64,000 nt of DNA, from positions 17,060,659 through 17,124,658 of the forward strand of contig NC_068987.1 of assembly GCF_001194135.2 (NCBI RefSeq), read 5' to 3'. The translations under genes were made by a program, and so were the position numbers. This DNA comes from Octopus bimaculoides (taxonomy: Eukaryota). Within the stretch, counting starts at the first letter, position 1. Every line of letters starts with the position of its first letter. The notes below the pieces were generated by a model. That model saw only the letters and a program-made list of their open reading frames with translations, made no database searches and was not told where the DNA came from. Below, in pieces: positions 13,020 to 25,005 of this stretch.

Positions 13020-13835
13020 CAACCTCTAAGTTACTGGAAGTGATGATGCTCAAGAACAAAGACAAGCTCATGGTGGTAGACAAAAGAGAGATTCAGGAGC
13101 TCTGTGTAAACTTTTACAGCAATCTTTTTAAATCAGCAGGAATTCTCCAATGTCACAAGTGTTGGAAGAAATGTCAGCCATTTTGGTTAGTGAAATAGAG
13201 AATGCTTTAACATTGATTTAAAGAGATAAAACCGCAGGATAAAATGGTATAATAACAGAATTAATAAGGAACGGAGGAGAGCATCTGTGAAAAAAAACCT
13301 TGTTCCACATTACAACTGATATTTGAGAAAGAGAAAGATACTCTCAGTGTTTCTTTTTTTTTTTTTTTTTTAGTCCCAGGATACATAATGCCAGTTATGT
13401 ACTTTTTTTTCCATGGTGTATAAGATCACAATATATATACCCTGAAAAAGACTCCCATCAGTTGCAGGCATCACCGAGAGCATTTTCACAGGAGAGAAAA
13501 GGTTAATGACATTGACCCCAGTACTTGATTGGTACTTTATTTTAACAAACCAAAAGAGATAAAAGGCAAAGTTAACCTCAACAGGATTTGAACTCAGAAT
13601 GTAAAGAGCATGAAGAAATGTTGCTATGCAATTTGTCTGACATGCTAATGATTCTGCCAGCTTACAGCCTTACCCTTAATGTGAAAGGTGATAAATATTA
13701 TGATTTATATGAAAGATGATAAGGAAGATCTTAAAAACTATTGCCTCAAATGTCTCCTTGTCTTACCAAATTATTTACGAAGGTCATAGTTACCGGACTC
13801 TCAAAACATTTTGATAACCAACAACAAAGAGAACA
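13020..13835 (+). mobile_element. RTE LINE remnant (pre-RT and RT start), interrupted by a poly-T tract and a SINE
   Basis: Translates to REIQELCVNFYSNLF, SEIENAL...GIITELIRNGG, then after 13680 KDDKEDLKNY...KLFTKVI...QQQREQA. Confidence 0.7.
13500..13670 (-). mobile_element. Deu/Nin-domain tRNA-derived SINE, CpG-decayed copy
   Basis: Aligns by eye to copies at 28640-28820 and 30547-30786, with CG mostly replaced by TG/CA. Confidence 0.75.
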
Positions 13836-14000
13836 AGCAGTTTAATGGATTCAACATTTTTCTGAACTTCTAAACTATGAGTTTGGTTGTCGATGATACT
13901 GTAATTAACACTATTCAACAAAGACCAGCCATCAGCTCCTTGGACTCTGTACCCTCAATAGATGAGGTAGTATCAGCATTAAGAGAACTTCCAGCTTTTG
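13835..14000 (+). mobile_element. Second RTE-type LINE fragment
   Basis: WIQHFSELLN...VVDDTVINTIQQRPAISSLDSVPSIDEVVSALREL resembles the RTE inter-domain region. Confidence 0.6.
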
Positions 14001-14193
14001 GAATCAGCAAAAGAGTATCAGCGGCATGGGTCACATGGAATTTACTGAGGCAGATTTTCTATGACTGGATGCCCTTCCTGTGTCAAGCATAGTAATATAT
14101 CCTAATATATCCCCTGTCCAGACATGTTTTTCACCGAAGACAGCAAACAAACACCTCATTTTTATAATGGATGGTGCTCATTTACAACAATCA

Positions 14194-14281
<88 letters not shown>

Positions 14282-15171
14282 GGATAATAACAACAAATGG
14301 AGCAAAACGCATGTCGATGAAAGTTCCTTTAATTCCTACATATATGTTTCANNNNNNNNNNNNNNNNNNNNNNNNNNNNNNNNNNNNNNNNNNNNNNNNN
14401 NNNNNNNNNNNNNNNNNNNNNNNNNNNNNNNNNNNNNNNNNNNNNNNNNNNNNNNNNNNNNNNNNNNNNNNNNNNNNNNNNNNNNNNNNNNNNNNNNNNN
14501 NNNNNNNNNNNNNNNNNNNNNNNNNNNNNNNNNNNNNNNNNNNNNNNNNNNNNNNNNNNNNNNNNNNNNNNNNNNNNNNNNNNNNNNNNNNNNNNNNNNN
14601 NNNNNNNNNNNNNNNNNNNNNNNNNNNNNNNNNNNNNNNNNNNNNNNNNNNNNNNNNNNNNNNNNNNNNNNNNNNNNNNNNNNNNNNNNNNNNNNNNNNN
14701 NNNNNNNNNNNNNNNNNNNNNNNNNNNNNNNNNNNNNNNNNNNNNNNNNNNNNNNNNNNNNNNNNNNNNNNNNNNNNNNNNNNNNNNNNNNNNNNNNNNN
14801 NNNNNNNNNNNNNNNNNNNNNNNNNNNNNNNNNNNNNNNNNNNNNNNNNNNNNNNNNNNNNNNNNNNNNNNNNNNNNNNNNNNNNNNNNNNNNNNNNNNN
14901 NNNNNNNNNNNNNNNNNNNNNNNNNNNNNNNNNNNNNNNNNNNNNNNNNNNNNNNNNNNNNNNNNNNNNNNNNNNNNNNNNNNNNNNNNNNNNNNNNNNN
15001 NNNNNNNNNNNNNNNNNNNNNNNNNNNNNNNNNNNNNNNNNNNNNNNNNNNNNNNNNNNNNNNNNNNNNNNNNNNNNNNNNNNNNNNNNNNNNNNNNNNN
15101 NNNNNNNNNNNNNNNNNNNNNNNNNNNNNNNNNNNNNNNNNNNNNNNNNNCAACACCTGCACCTATATATA

Positions 15172-15331
15172 GGTGCAGGAGTGGTTGTGTGGTAAGTAGC
15201 TTGCTTACCAACCACACGGTTCCGAGTCCAGTCCCACTGCATGGCACCTTGGGCAAGTGTCTTTTACTACAGCCGAGTGCTGACCAAAGCCTTGTAAGTG
15301 GATTTGGTAGACAGAAACTGAAAGAAGCCTG

Positions 15332-15368
<37 letters not shown>

Positions 15369-15552
15369 TCCCCCCCCTCACCATCACTTGACAACTGATG
15401 TTGACGTATTTACGTCCCCATAACTTAGCGGTTCAGCAAAAGAGACCATTAGAATAAGTAGTAGGTTTACAAAGAATAAGTCCTATGGGCAATTTGCTCA
15501 ACTAAAGGCGATGCTCCAGCATGACCACAGTCAAATGACTGAAACAAATAGC
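15172..15552 (+). mobile_element. Full-length tRNA-derived CORE-like SINE with an internal (GT)n
   Basis: Degenerate A/B-box head, ggcaccttgggcaagtgtctt core-like segment, microsatellite slot at 15335-15365, and 3' half ending tgactgaaacaa. Confidence 0.85.
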
Positions 15553-15555
15553 AGG

Positions 15556-15594
<39 letters not shown>

Positions 15595-15873
15595 TTTATG
15601 TGTGCGCACATGTATACATCACATATACAGGCAATATGTATATATAATACTGTATTTACCTATTAAAATATGATAGAATCTTCTGCATATCTATGTATTT
15701 GATATGAAAGTAATCATAGAGGAAAATTAAAACAAAATTTATGGCTCAATTATAATACAATTGTCTTCGATTATATTTATAGAAATATACTAGTTTCCAC
15801 TTTTTATGTCTCTTTTATAATTACCAACTATTTAAACATACATCTTTCTCTCTCTTTCTTTCTCTTTTTCTCT

Positions 15874-15910
<37 letters not shown>

Positions 15911-15920
15911 NNNNNNNNNN

Positions 15921-15963
<43 letters not shown>

Positions 15964-16061
15964 TTTCTCATTCTGCATGGTCTCATCCACCCAACCACAC
16001 AGACATGCACATATAAAATATGCACACACGTTACGTATATAATTGTGTTTGCTCATATATG

Positions 16062-16120
<59 letters not shown>

Positions 16121-16165
16121 GTAGGTAGGTAGATAGAAAGATAGATAGATAGATACATACATACA

Positions 16166-16199
<34 letters not shown>

Positions 16200-16257
16200 C
16201 ATACATATATACATACATCTATACATGTGTGTGTGTGTGTGTATATGTATCTTTTAT

Positions 16258-16477
16258 CTTTTACTTGCTTCAGTCATTAGATTGTGACCATGCTGGGGCA
16301 CAGCCTTGATGAATTTTTAGTCAAATTAATCAATCCCAGTGCTTATTTTTTTAAAAGCCTGCTAGTTATTCTATCGACCACTTTTGCTGAACTGCTAAGT
16401 TATGGGGACATATACACACCAACACTGGTTGTCAAGTGGAAGGTGGGGTGGGGGGGACACAAACACAAACACAAACA

Positions 16478-16513
<36 letters not shown>

Positions 16514-16575
16514 CACACACACAAGGCTTTGGCCAGCCCAAGACAATAGTAGAAGACACCTGCTCAAGGTGCAAC
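16258..16575 (-). mobile_element. CORE-like SINE copy
   Basis: Reverse-complement similarity to 15172-15552. Confidence 0.8.
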
Positions 16576-17173
16576 CTTTTTTATTCCTTTCTTCTTAGTT
16601 TCATGGGAGAAAATTTATGTAGTGGGATGTCCACATCTGCTACAAGCTTGTTGATGCCCAATGAGTCAGATTAAAAACAAACAGGCACAACTGCAGAGGC
16701 CACATGGGAAGATAAACTGATCCAAATCTGGCTCTCCTTGTTAGTTCTCCTTTTACTCTTGTTGACAAGGATGGTATTGCAGTCATTCTCAAAGGAGGCC
16801 GTGGCCCAGTGGACAACGAAATGCCAAGCTTCATGGTCAGTGGCTAGAACAGACCACTGGTTGCGATCAATATGATGGGCACCAAATGATTTCTTTGTAC
16901 ATCTTCTTTGAAGCCAATGATCCTCCAACTGGTCACATATATACATTTCGAAATAACTATAGCATCACCAGCATATTGATATTAACAGCCACCTTTCTCA
17001 TGCTTGCATAGATCAGATGGGCTATCTGCAACCAGATGCTCGTTCTTCTTGCAGAACATCCACTTTCGACCAAGGTTATACTTCTCTATGTCCAGACATG
17101 TTTTGCAATTAGAATAGAAAAGAATATCACTGATGTATAACAGTGACATTTGTTTACAACTATTGAGCAATAT

Positions 17174-17525
17174 ACATTATTTACATTATTTACATTATTT
17201 ACATTCGGCGGATATTTGTCCTCATCTTGTTTGTTGTTGACACAACAGTCCACAGGCATATGGCCTAGTGGTTAAGAGCGTGGGCTACTAACCCCAAGAT
17301 TCCGAGTTCGATTCCAAGCAGTGACCTGAACAATAATAATAATAATAACAACATCAAAGAATACCTTAGGAATGAGAACCCAGGTTCGAAATTTCCCCAA
17401 GACACCTGATGAAGGCTGGAAGGTATATCAGCCGAAATGTTGTGTTAACAACAAACAAGATGAGGACAAATATCCGTCGAATGTAAATAATGTACATAAT
17501 TCCTCATCTCTTAAATATATAACTG
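17174..17525 (+). mobile_element. Hammerhead-bearing tRNA-derived SINE-like element with 5' inverted tail and 13-bp TSD
   Basis: TSD TATTGAGCAATAT at 17161-17173 and 17526-17538. Inverted tail piece 17174-17246, A box TGGCCTAGTGG 17261-17271, B box GAGTTCGATTCC 17304-17315, (AAT)n linker, then a body shared with 26.8 kb and 57.5 kb. Confidence 0.85.
17401..17446 (+). ncRNA. Minimal type I hammerhead ribozyme motif
   Basis: Stem I GACAC/GTGTT, core CTGATGA, extra A, stem II GGCTG/CAGCC, GAAA, helix III ATGT (ACGT palindrome in sibling copies), predicted cleavage after GUU. Confidence 0.75.
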
Positions 17526-17639
17526 TATTGAGCAATATCAATAAAGACATCACAAACATACACACTAACATTTACACACACACACACACTAACACACTCA
17601 TAAATACAATATATGTATATAATCTACTACAACCACTAA

Positions 17640-17760
17640 CATGGCTTTGGCCAGCCAAAAGGAACCATGGAAAACACCTGTTTCAGGTGTCATGTGATGG
17701 AAATGAACCAGGAACCACATTATTGGAAAGCAAGCTTCTGAAATACACAGCTACATCTGC
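17640..17760 (-). mobile_element. CORE-like SINE head fragment
   Basis: ggctttggccagcc...gaaccaggaaccac...gcaagcttct matches the reverse complement of the family head. Confidence 0.6.
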
Positions 17761-17811
17761 ACCTATCAATCTATTACTCCCTCTCTCTTTCTCTTTCTCT
17801 CTCTCTCTCAC

Positions 17812-17847
<36 letters not shown>

Positions 17848-18184
17848 CATACATGTATCATGTCCTCACGNNNNNNNNNNNNNNNNNNNNNNNNNNNNNN
17901 NNNNNNNNNNNNNNNNNNNNNNNNNNNNNNNNNNNNNNNNNNNNNNNNNNNNNNNNNNNNNNNNNNNNNNNNNNNNNNNNNNNNNNNNNNNNNNNNNNNN
18001 NNNNNNNNNNNNNNNNNNNNNNNNNNNNNNNNNNNNNNNNNNNNNNNNNNNNNNNNNNNNNNNNNNNNNNNNNNNNNNNNNNNNNNNNNNNNNNNNNNNN
18101 NNNNNNNNNNNNNNNNNNNNATCAATATATGCAGCTTTAGGTATATCTATTTGGCTCTCTTTTACACTCTCCTATTTTTATAAA

Positions 18185-18270
<86 letters not shown>

Positions 18271-18361
18271 CATACATATATATATATACACATAAATGTA
18301 TGTCTTTATATTCATAGGGACACTTGAATATACTCTCTTTCATACACACACTCACATGTGT

Positions 18362-18401
<40 letters not shown>

Positions 18402-18855
18402 CTGCATACACACACACATGCAGATATACACACACACACACATATACATAGAGAAACTGGTTGGCAGTAGAGTAAGTTTCTTTTATATGCAATAAAATAA
18501 CAGACCCTGTATTAATAGTCGAGATGCCAATAAGTAGATTTTATACCAATAAATATATACATTTTATATTTTGCAAAATCATATTAACAAAGAAAAAACA
18601 CTCACAATATTTTTATATAAAGTATTAAATCTAATTATGTATGCATATTCACAACTCATAATCTTTAATTATACAGCATATTTGCTTCTAGACATCAATA
18701 ATGACAAATAAATTTGGGTGTTTAATTATCCATTTGAACTAATTGTGTGTGATACATCTGAGACAGATGTCTGATTTATGTAGATTGCAATTTGGTTATT
18801 TGCATTTGGGAGCATAAATATATCTACATCTTTCCATATATTACAGAAACACACA

Positions 18856-18904
<49 letters not shown>

Positions 18905-19231
18905 ACACATGCATACCCACGCACACATATATGTACACGGGCAAAGCATACAAATCTGCACACATACATACATACATACATACATACATACAAAAATACC
19001 CTGTTGTAGAAATTGCAATGAAGGAATCTTGACTCTAGGTTAGAAACCGGCTCTTTCTCTATCGTCAAGAAATCTTGAAATAAAACTGAACAATGTCATA
19101 CATATATACAAAAATGCAAAATTATATATTTGTATATGTTTTGTAGTTTTAATTTTGTTTGTGAAATGAAACAATTGTAGGTGAATATGCTAATTGATTA
19201 ATTAATTTCGCAGTCAAATGACTGAAACAAG

Positions 19232-19262
<31 letters not shown>

Positions 19263-19499
19263 CGCTTACATTACTTTCATATATTTGAAAGGTACCTGTT
19301 AAACATTTCCTTGTGTATGTTCATGTATATGTGTCTCAGTAGTTTGTGTTTATTTATTTCTGTCTACATTGCTCTTGTCACCATATATGAATATACATTT
19401 GTGTGTGTGTGTGTGTCTGTGTGTGTGTGTGTTTGTGTACGTATGCATGTATGTATGTATGTTAACACATAGTCTTACACACTCCTGCCACTCACACAC

Positions 19500-19628
19500 A
19501 CATTTATGTGTGTTTGTGCTTCCAACCAGATTGTTCTAGGTTCAATCCCAATTGCATTCTTGGAAAAGTGTATTAGGACAACCAAAGCCTTGTGAGAGGG
19601 CTTCGTAGAGAGAAACTAAAAGACCGTC
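19500..19628 (+). mobile_element. CORE-like SINE 5' half
   Basis: cttccaaccag...ggttcaatccc...accaaagccttgtgag...gaaactaaaaga. Confidence 0.6.
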
Positions 19629-19647
19629 ATGTGTGTGTGTGTGTGTG

Positions 19648-19714
<67 letters not shown>

Positions 19715-19718
<4 letters not shown>

Positions 19719-19885
19719 AAATATGCAACAAAGATATCCGGAGGTAATTAAATTCTATGTCTTTGTGCAGCTGAGGATTGCACTGCATTTTAAATTGCTG
19801 TAATGATTGCATTGATCAATTAAATGGATTTGCATGAAACGATCGTACTGCATTACCTCTGGATATCCTTGTTGCTTATTTTGAT
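19715..19885. mobile_element. MITE-like element, 171 bp, with 34-bp terminal inverted repeats
   Basis: ATCAAAATATGCAACAAAGATATCCGGAGGTAAT versus the reverse complement of the right end, ATCAAAATAAGCAACAAGGATATCCAGAGGTAAT (31/34 identical). Confidence 0.8.
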
Positions 19886-20359
19886 TCTAATCACCTTACA
19901 TTGAAATTGTATGGATAATACTGTACTAAATTCTGGTGTCTCAACTTAAGTACCATATTCATCTGAATCTATATATATGTATGTATGTATGTATATATGT
20001 ATGTATGTATGTATATATGCATGTATGTATTTATATATGTATGAATGTATGTATGTATATGTATATAAAAGAAAAAATGTATGGTAAATAAACAAATGAC
20101 AACATATACTGCATGTACAACTAGATGGGAGACAAACAAAGAAGGTCCCTTATACTTCATCAGTTATCAACCAATTGGTACAACTCAGTTTTGCACCATT
20201 AATGATAAGACTGAAGGCTTCCTATATTAGTGGTGCCCGCAAAATTTTTTTTGCAGAGAATTCAGGGCCAAGTGCTAGTAAAACAAAGTAAAACAACACA
20301 GTGTGATTTAGGACGCTGGACAAGGAGAAACAAGCAAAATACGGCCTTAGGCCCAAGGG

Positions 20360-20527
20360 GCTTCTTTCAGTTTCCAAATCCACGGACAAGGCTTTGGTCA
20401 GCCTGAGTCTATAGCAGAAGACACTTACCCAAGGTGCCATGCAGTGGGACTGAACCTGGAACCATGTGGCTGGTAAGAAAGCTACTTACCACATAACCAC
20501 CCCTACGTATGTATGTATGTATGTATA

Positions 20528-20597
<70 letters not shown>

Positions 20598-20990
20598 TAC
20601 ATACAACACAGACACACACAACACACAAACATATTTATATATATAAATACACATAGAAGACATGTTTCTTTCAATTTCAGTACACCTAATCTACAAGCAA
20701 GATTTGATCAGCCCAGGGCAATAGTAGAAGAGACTTGCCTAAGGTATCGCAGTGGGACTGAACTCAATGGCACATGATTAGGAAGCAAGGTTTTTCGCTC
20801 TTCAGGCATGACCACACTTGATACATACACCTCTCTATATATACATATACATGTGATATACATGTGATAAGAAGTTTGATTCTCAATCACATAGTTCTAG
20901 GCTCAGTCTCACATTGAGCAAGTATTATAGACTCAGACCAATGAAAGACTTGTGAGTGGATTTGGTAGATGGAAACTGAAAGAAGCCTAT
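20360..20990. mobile_element. Cluster of three CORE-like SINE 5' halves (-, -, +)
   Basis: Copies at about 20360-20500 (-), 20655-20815 (-) and 20850-20990 (+). Confidence 0.75.
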
Positions 20991-20998
20991 TGTAAATA

Positions 20999-21031
<33 letters not shown>

Positions 21032-21135
21032 GGGTGTGTCTCTGTGTGTGTGTGTGTGTATGTATACATACATACATGCATGTACATATTTCTATATTTA
21101 TATCTATGTACATATGTATGCATGCGCATGTATGA

Positions 21136-21180
<45 letters not shown>

Positions 21181-22327
21181 CATAAATATTATAAGTGTTC
21201 CTTTTTGTATTTTTCACAGGTTATCAGGTTATTGTACCCCTAGATAGGTAGAAACTCCGAATATGAAATAGTATGAACTGTGGTGAACCATCCCACTCAT
21301 GGTGTTAAGTATTGTTGGCATAGAATGATACTGATAATAATAATGAAATAGATTTATAAAGAAATAAATATCTACCTGCATATCTATCTTTCAATCTATT
21401 TATCTACCTATCTATGTATTTGTCTCTCTATCTATCATGTATTTATCTATCTAACTAACTAACCATTTCTCTCTCAATATATACATACGTTCAACTATGT
21501 ATGTATAANNNNNNNNNNNNNNNNNNNNNNNNNNNNNNNNNNNNNNNNNNNNNNNNNNNNNNNNNNNNNNNNNNNNNNNNNNNNNNNNNNNNNNNNNNNN
21601 NNNNNNNNTATATAGTTATATAGATATATAGACAGACACACGCACTTTTCGTATATGTTTATATCTATTTGTATATATACGTGTTCGTGTAAATATGTGT
21701 GCATCCCTCCATACGTGTGCGTGTTTGTTCATGCGCATCTATAATATATGTGAACGTCTATGTTTACTATCATGTATATATGTATGTGTTGCGTGTAGAT
21801 GAGTAAATATACTTAGTTGTTTGATAACTCATATGCAAAAATGAAGAAAAACAAAAACAAAAAGTGGAAAATACAATAAAACATTCTGCATCCATCTTAT
21901 CCTGCTGCCAGCAAGTTTAGAAATAATGAAAAGAAAAACAAACAAACAAAGAAAAAACAAAAAACAAAGAGAAACCAAAACTTATTTGCATAACACACGA
22001 TGGAGCATATCAAATATAGAATTCTATATGTTATATATCTTTCGAAAAAAATGCTATCACGGTTCAGAATTAATTAAATCGAATTATACATAAGAATTTC
22101 TATCACCAATAGAATGCCACATGTCTGGAGGTTCAATACATGCAATCAAATTGTAAATGCTAATGTTTTTCTTTTTGTTGCTTTTTGATGGCCCCCAGAA
22201 TGGTGAAATGTAAAACTCGCGTTGAACTGAGAACATAAAGCTTAAATTTAGTCAGAAAATGGCCAAGCTTCTCTTTGCAACATTGGAAAGAAAACTGCAT
22301 TGAATACTAAAAAAATGAGAGGCTCAC

Positions 22328-22454
22328 CGGCTATAAAACCATAAAAGAATATGAATTAAGCCGTTTAGAATTAAGCGCATAGACACAGTTTTTTTGAAAT
22401 ATGCAATCCGCTTCTTATAGTATTCTTCTATTTTATCCAATCGAGCAGACTCGT
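22328..22454 (-). CDS. Candidate coding exon: ESARLDKIEEYYKKRIAYFKKTVSMRLILNGLIHILLWFYSR
   Basis: Acceptor tatttacag and donor CCG|gtgagc. The open frame is bounded by stops just outside both sites, in non-repeat sequence. Product unrecognised. Confidence 0.35.
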
Positions 22455-23110
22455 CTGTAAATATTTAGATAGATTAAAGTCTCACAAGTGATATAGGCAT
22501 AAAAAACAATGAAAAAAACCCAAACAAATAAAGGTGTGCGATCATCGAAATAAATGGGAGAAAACATCATAAGTGTGTAGTGTGTGTGTGCGTGTGCGTG
22601 CGAGTGTGTGCTTGTGTGTGTGCATGAGTGTTTATGTGTGTGTGTATATATTTGTATCCGTGCATTTGTTTTGCGTTTGTGTATGTGCGTATATATGTAT
22701 GCGTATATATNNNNNNNNNNNNNNNNNNNNNNNNNNNNNNNNNNNNNNNNNNNNNNNNNNNNNNNNNNNNNNNNNNNNNNNNNNNNNNNNNNNNNNNNNN
22801 NNNNNNNNNNNNNNNNNNNNNNNNNNNNNNNNNNNNNNNNNNNNNNNNNNNNNNNNNNNNNNNNNNNNNNNNNNNNNNNNNNNNNNNNNNNNNNNNNNNN
22901 NNNNNNNNNNNNNNNNNNNNNNNNNNNNNNNNNNNNNNNNNNNNNNNNNNNNNNNNNNNNNNNNNNNNNNNNNNNNNNNNNNNNNNNNNNNNNNNNNNNN
23001 NNNNNNNNNNNNNNNNNNNNNNNNNNNNNNNNNNNNNNNNNNNNNNNNNNNNNNNNNNNNNNNNNNNNNNNNNNNNNNNNNNNNNNNNNNNNNNNNNNNN
23101 NNNNNNNNNN

Positions 23111-23149
<39 letters not shown>

Positions 23150-23156
<7 letters not shown>

Positions 23157-23480
23157 CGCGCTCGGCTCCATGATGCGTTGACCATTTTAACATATTGTTC
23201 CAAACAATAGATACACAGAAGACACACACAGACAAACACAAACACACGCTCACGCGCGCACATATGGTGTCGTATACACACACACAAACACAAACATCTA
23301 ACAGCACGTTTTGACAATTTTACATTAAAGGAAAAATGATTTCTGCAATATGGCGAAAAATACAACTTCCGATGCTCCAGGGCGGATTCTAATTTCGATT
23401 ATCGGCGATAGCTACTTTCACTGCATCTACGCCGCAACTAATTTCATGAGAATTATGCACATTGTGTTCCTTCCTCAGCT
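23150..23480. promoter_or_regulatory. CpG-rich non-repeat segment, possible promoter
   Basis: Locally high CG density outside known repeats. YY1-like AATATGGCG at 23347-23355. Lies at the edge of the CpG-depleted domain. Confidence 0.3.
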
Positions 23481-23610
23481 TCAGTCCAATCACATACATA
23501 GGATCTGTGTTTGTGTGCCTAACCAACAGACATATATATTCTGTTTGGCAAGTACACGTGTTAAAACGCAAGAATATACTATACGTGTAATGCATACTTT
23601 TGTCTGTCTG

Positions 23611-23678
<68 letters not shown>

Positions 23679-23916
23679 CTTAGCTTTCTTTCTCTCTCTC
23701 TGTCTATCTATCTGTCTGTCTATCTACCTATGTGTGTCTGAAGTAATTATATCTGCGTATAAATCCATTGCTTATACATGTGATATTACGCATATAGCGA
23801 AACATACACACACACATATACACACAAATATATAAGCACATAAATATATATATATATGTGTATTTGTGTGTGTGTTATTATGTTTGTATGTTTATGTATA
23901 TATAAATGTGTGTGTC

Positions 23917-24030
<114 letters not shown>

Positions 24031-24439
24031 TACATATACAACTAAATATGCATATGTTCACACACACATATAGATATGCATGCACACATGTTACACAATA
24101 CCAGAGACATGCATACACAGGTGTAACGCATACATACATACATACATACATACATACATACACACATACACGCACATTCACACACACAGGCACACACCAT
24201 ACACACATGCATCCCAATATATATATATACTACAATTTACCTTTGTCTTAATTTGATTCCACTTGATGCCATATTCAATATTGAGCACTGACCTCTATCG
24301 TATATTATTTTTTATTTTCCAGCCACTAATGATGTTCATCTTAAACTGATGGTAATCCACAGCAATGATATAACAAAAACGTTTTAGTTATCAATAGGAA
24401 TATTTCTAAATTGAAGGACATTTCAAACCATTATCTTAC

Positions 24440-24488
24440 GTAATTGACATGTATTATGTATATGCTCTTCTCGTATTTTGCTTATCTT
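24440..24488 (-). CDS. Speculative 49-nt exon KISKIREEHIHNTCQL
   Basis: Acceptor catctttag and donor TAC|gtaaga. Its single open frame ends in phase 1, compatible with exon 22328-22454. Confidence 0.15.
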
Positions 24489-24559
24489 CTAAAGATGTAC
24501 TTGCCAAAACTCCTTGGCATTAATCGATAACTAAAGCTTAGCAAGCGGATGTTAAATGG

Positions 24560-24566
24560 AACAATC

Positions 24567-24646
<80 letters not shown>

Positions 24647-24658
24647 CTGTCTGTCTGC

Positions 24659-24694
<36 letters not shown>

Positions 24695-24917
24695 ATGTCT
24701 GTCTGTTTGTCTATCTGACTGCCCGCCTGTCTGTCGATCTGAATGTCTGTCCATCTTTCTGTCTCTCTATTTCTTTTTCACATTTCACTAAGTATCTCTT
24801 TGTGTGTGCATATACACATACAGGCAGATAGACACACACACACACACACTACACACACACATACACACACGCACACACAGACACAGACACACAGACCCAC
24901 ACATACACACACAGACA

Positions 24918-24954
<37 letters not shown>

Positions 24955-25005
24955 GCACATACACACACAAACACACACACACGCGCACACACACACACAC
25001 ACGAA
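24560..25005. repeat. (CTAT)n/(CTGT)n followed by a (CA)-rich array
   Basis: Direct reading. Confidence 0.95.

Noticed and set aside
12925-13033. Minus-strand exon candidate with strong donor GGG|gtaagt, phase-compatible with other candidates
   Set aside because: It overlaps or abuts the plus-strand RTE remnant, so it is better explained as antisense TE sequence.
17255-17325. tRNA gene
   Set aside because: A and B boxes are present, but the stems are imperfect and it continues into a repeat body. It is a SINE head.
21219-21260. Strong-looking plus-strand acceptors here and at about 25156, 46995 and 52575
   Set aside because: They are followed by early stops or uninformative frames with no consistent exon chain.
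23350-23835. ORF starting MAKNTTSDAPGRILISIIGD, reminiscent of the V-ATPase subunit F N-terminus
   Set aside because: Similarity stops after IIGD, there is no donor site at that point, and the ORF runs into (CTAT)n.
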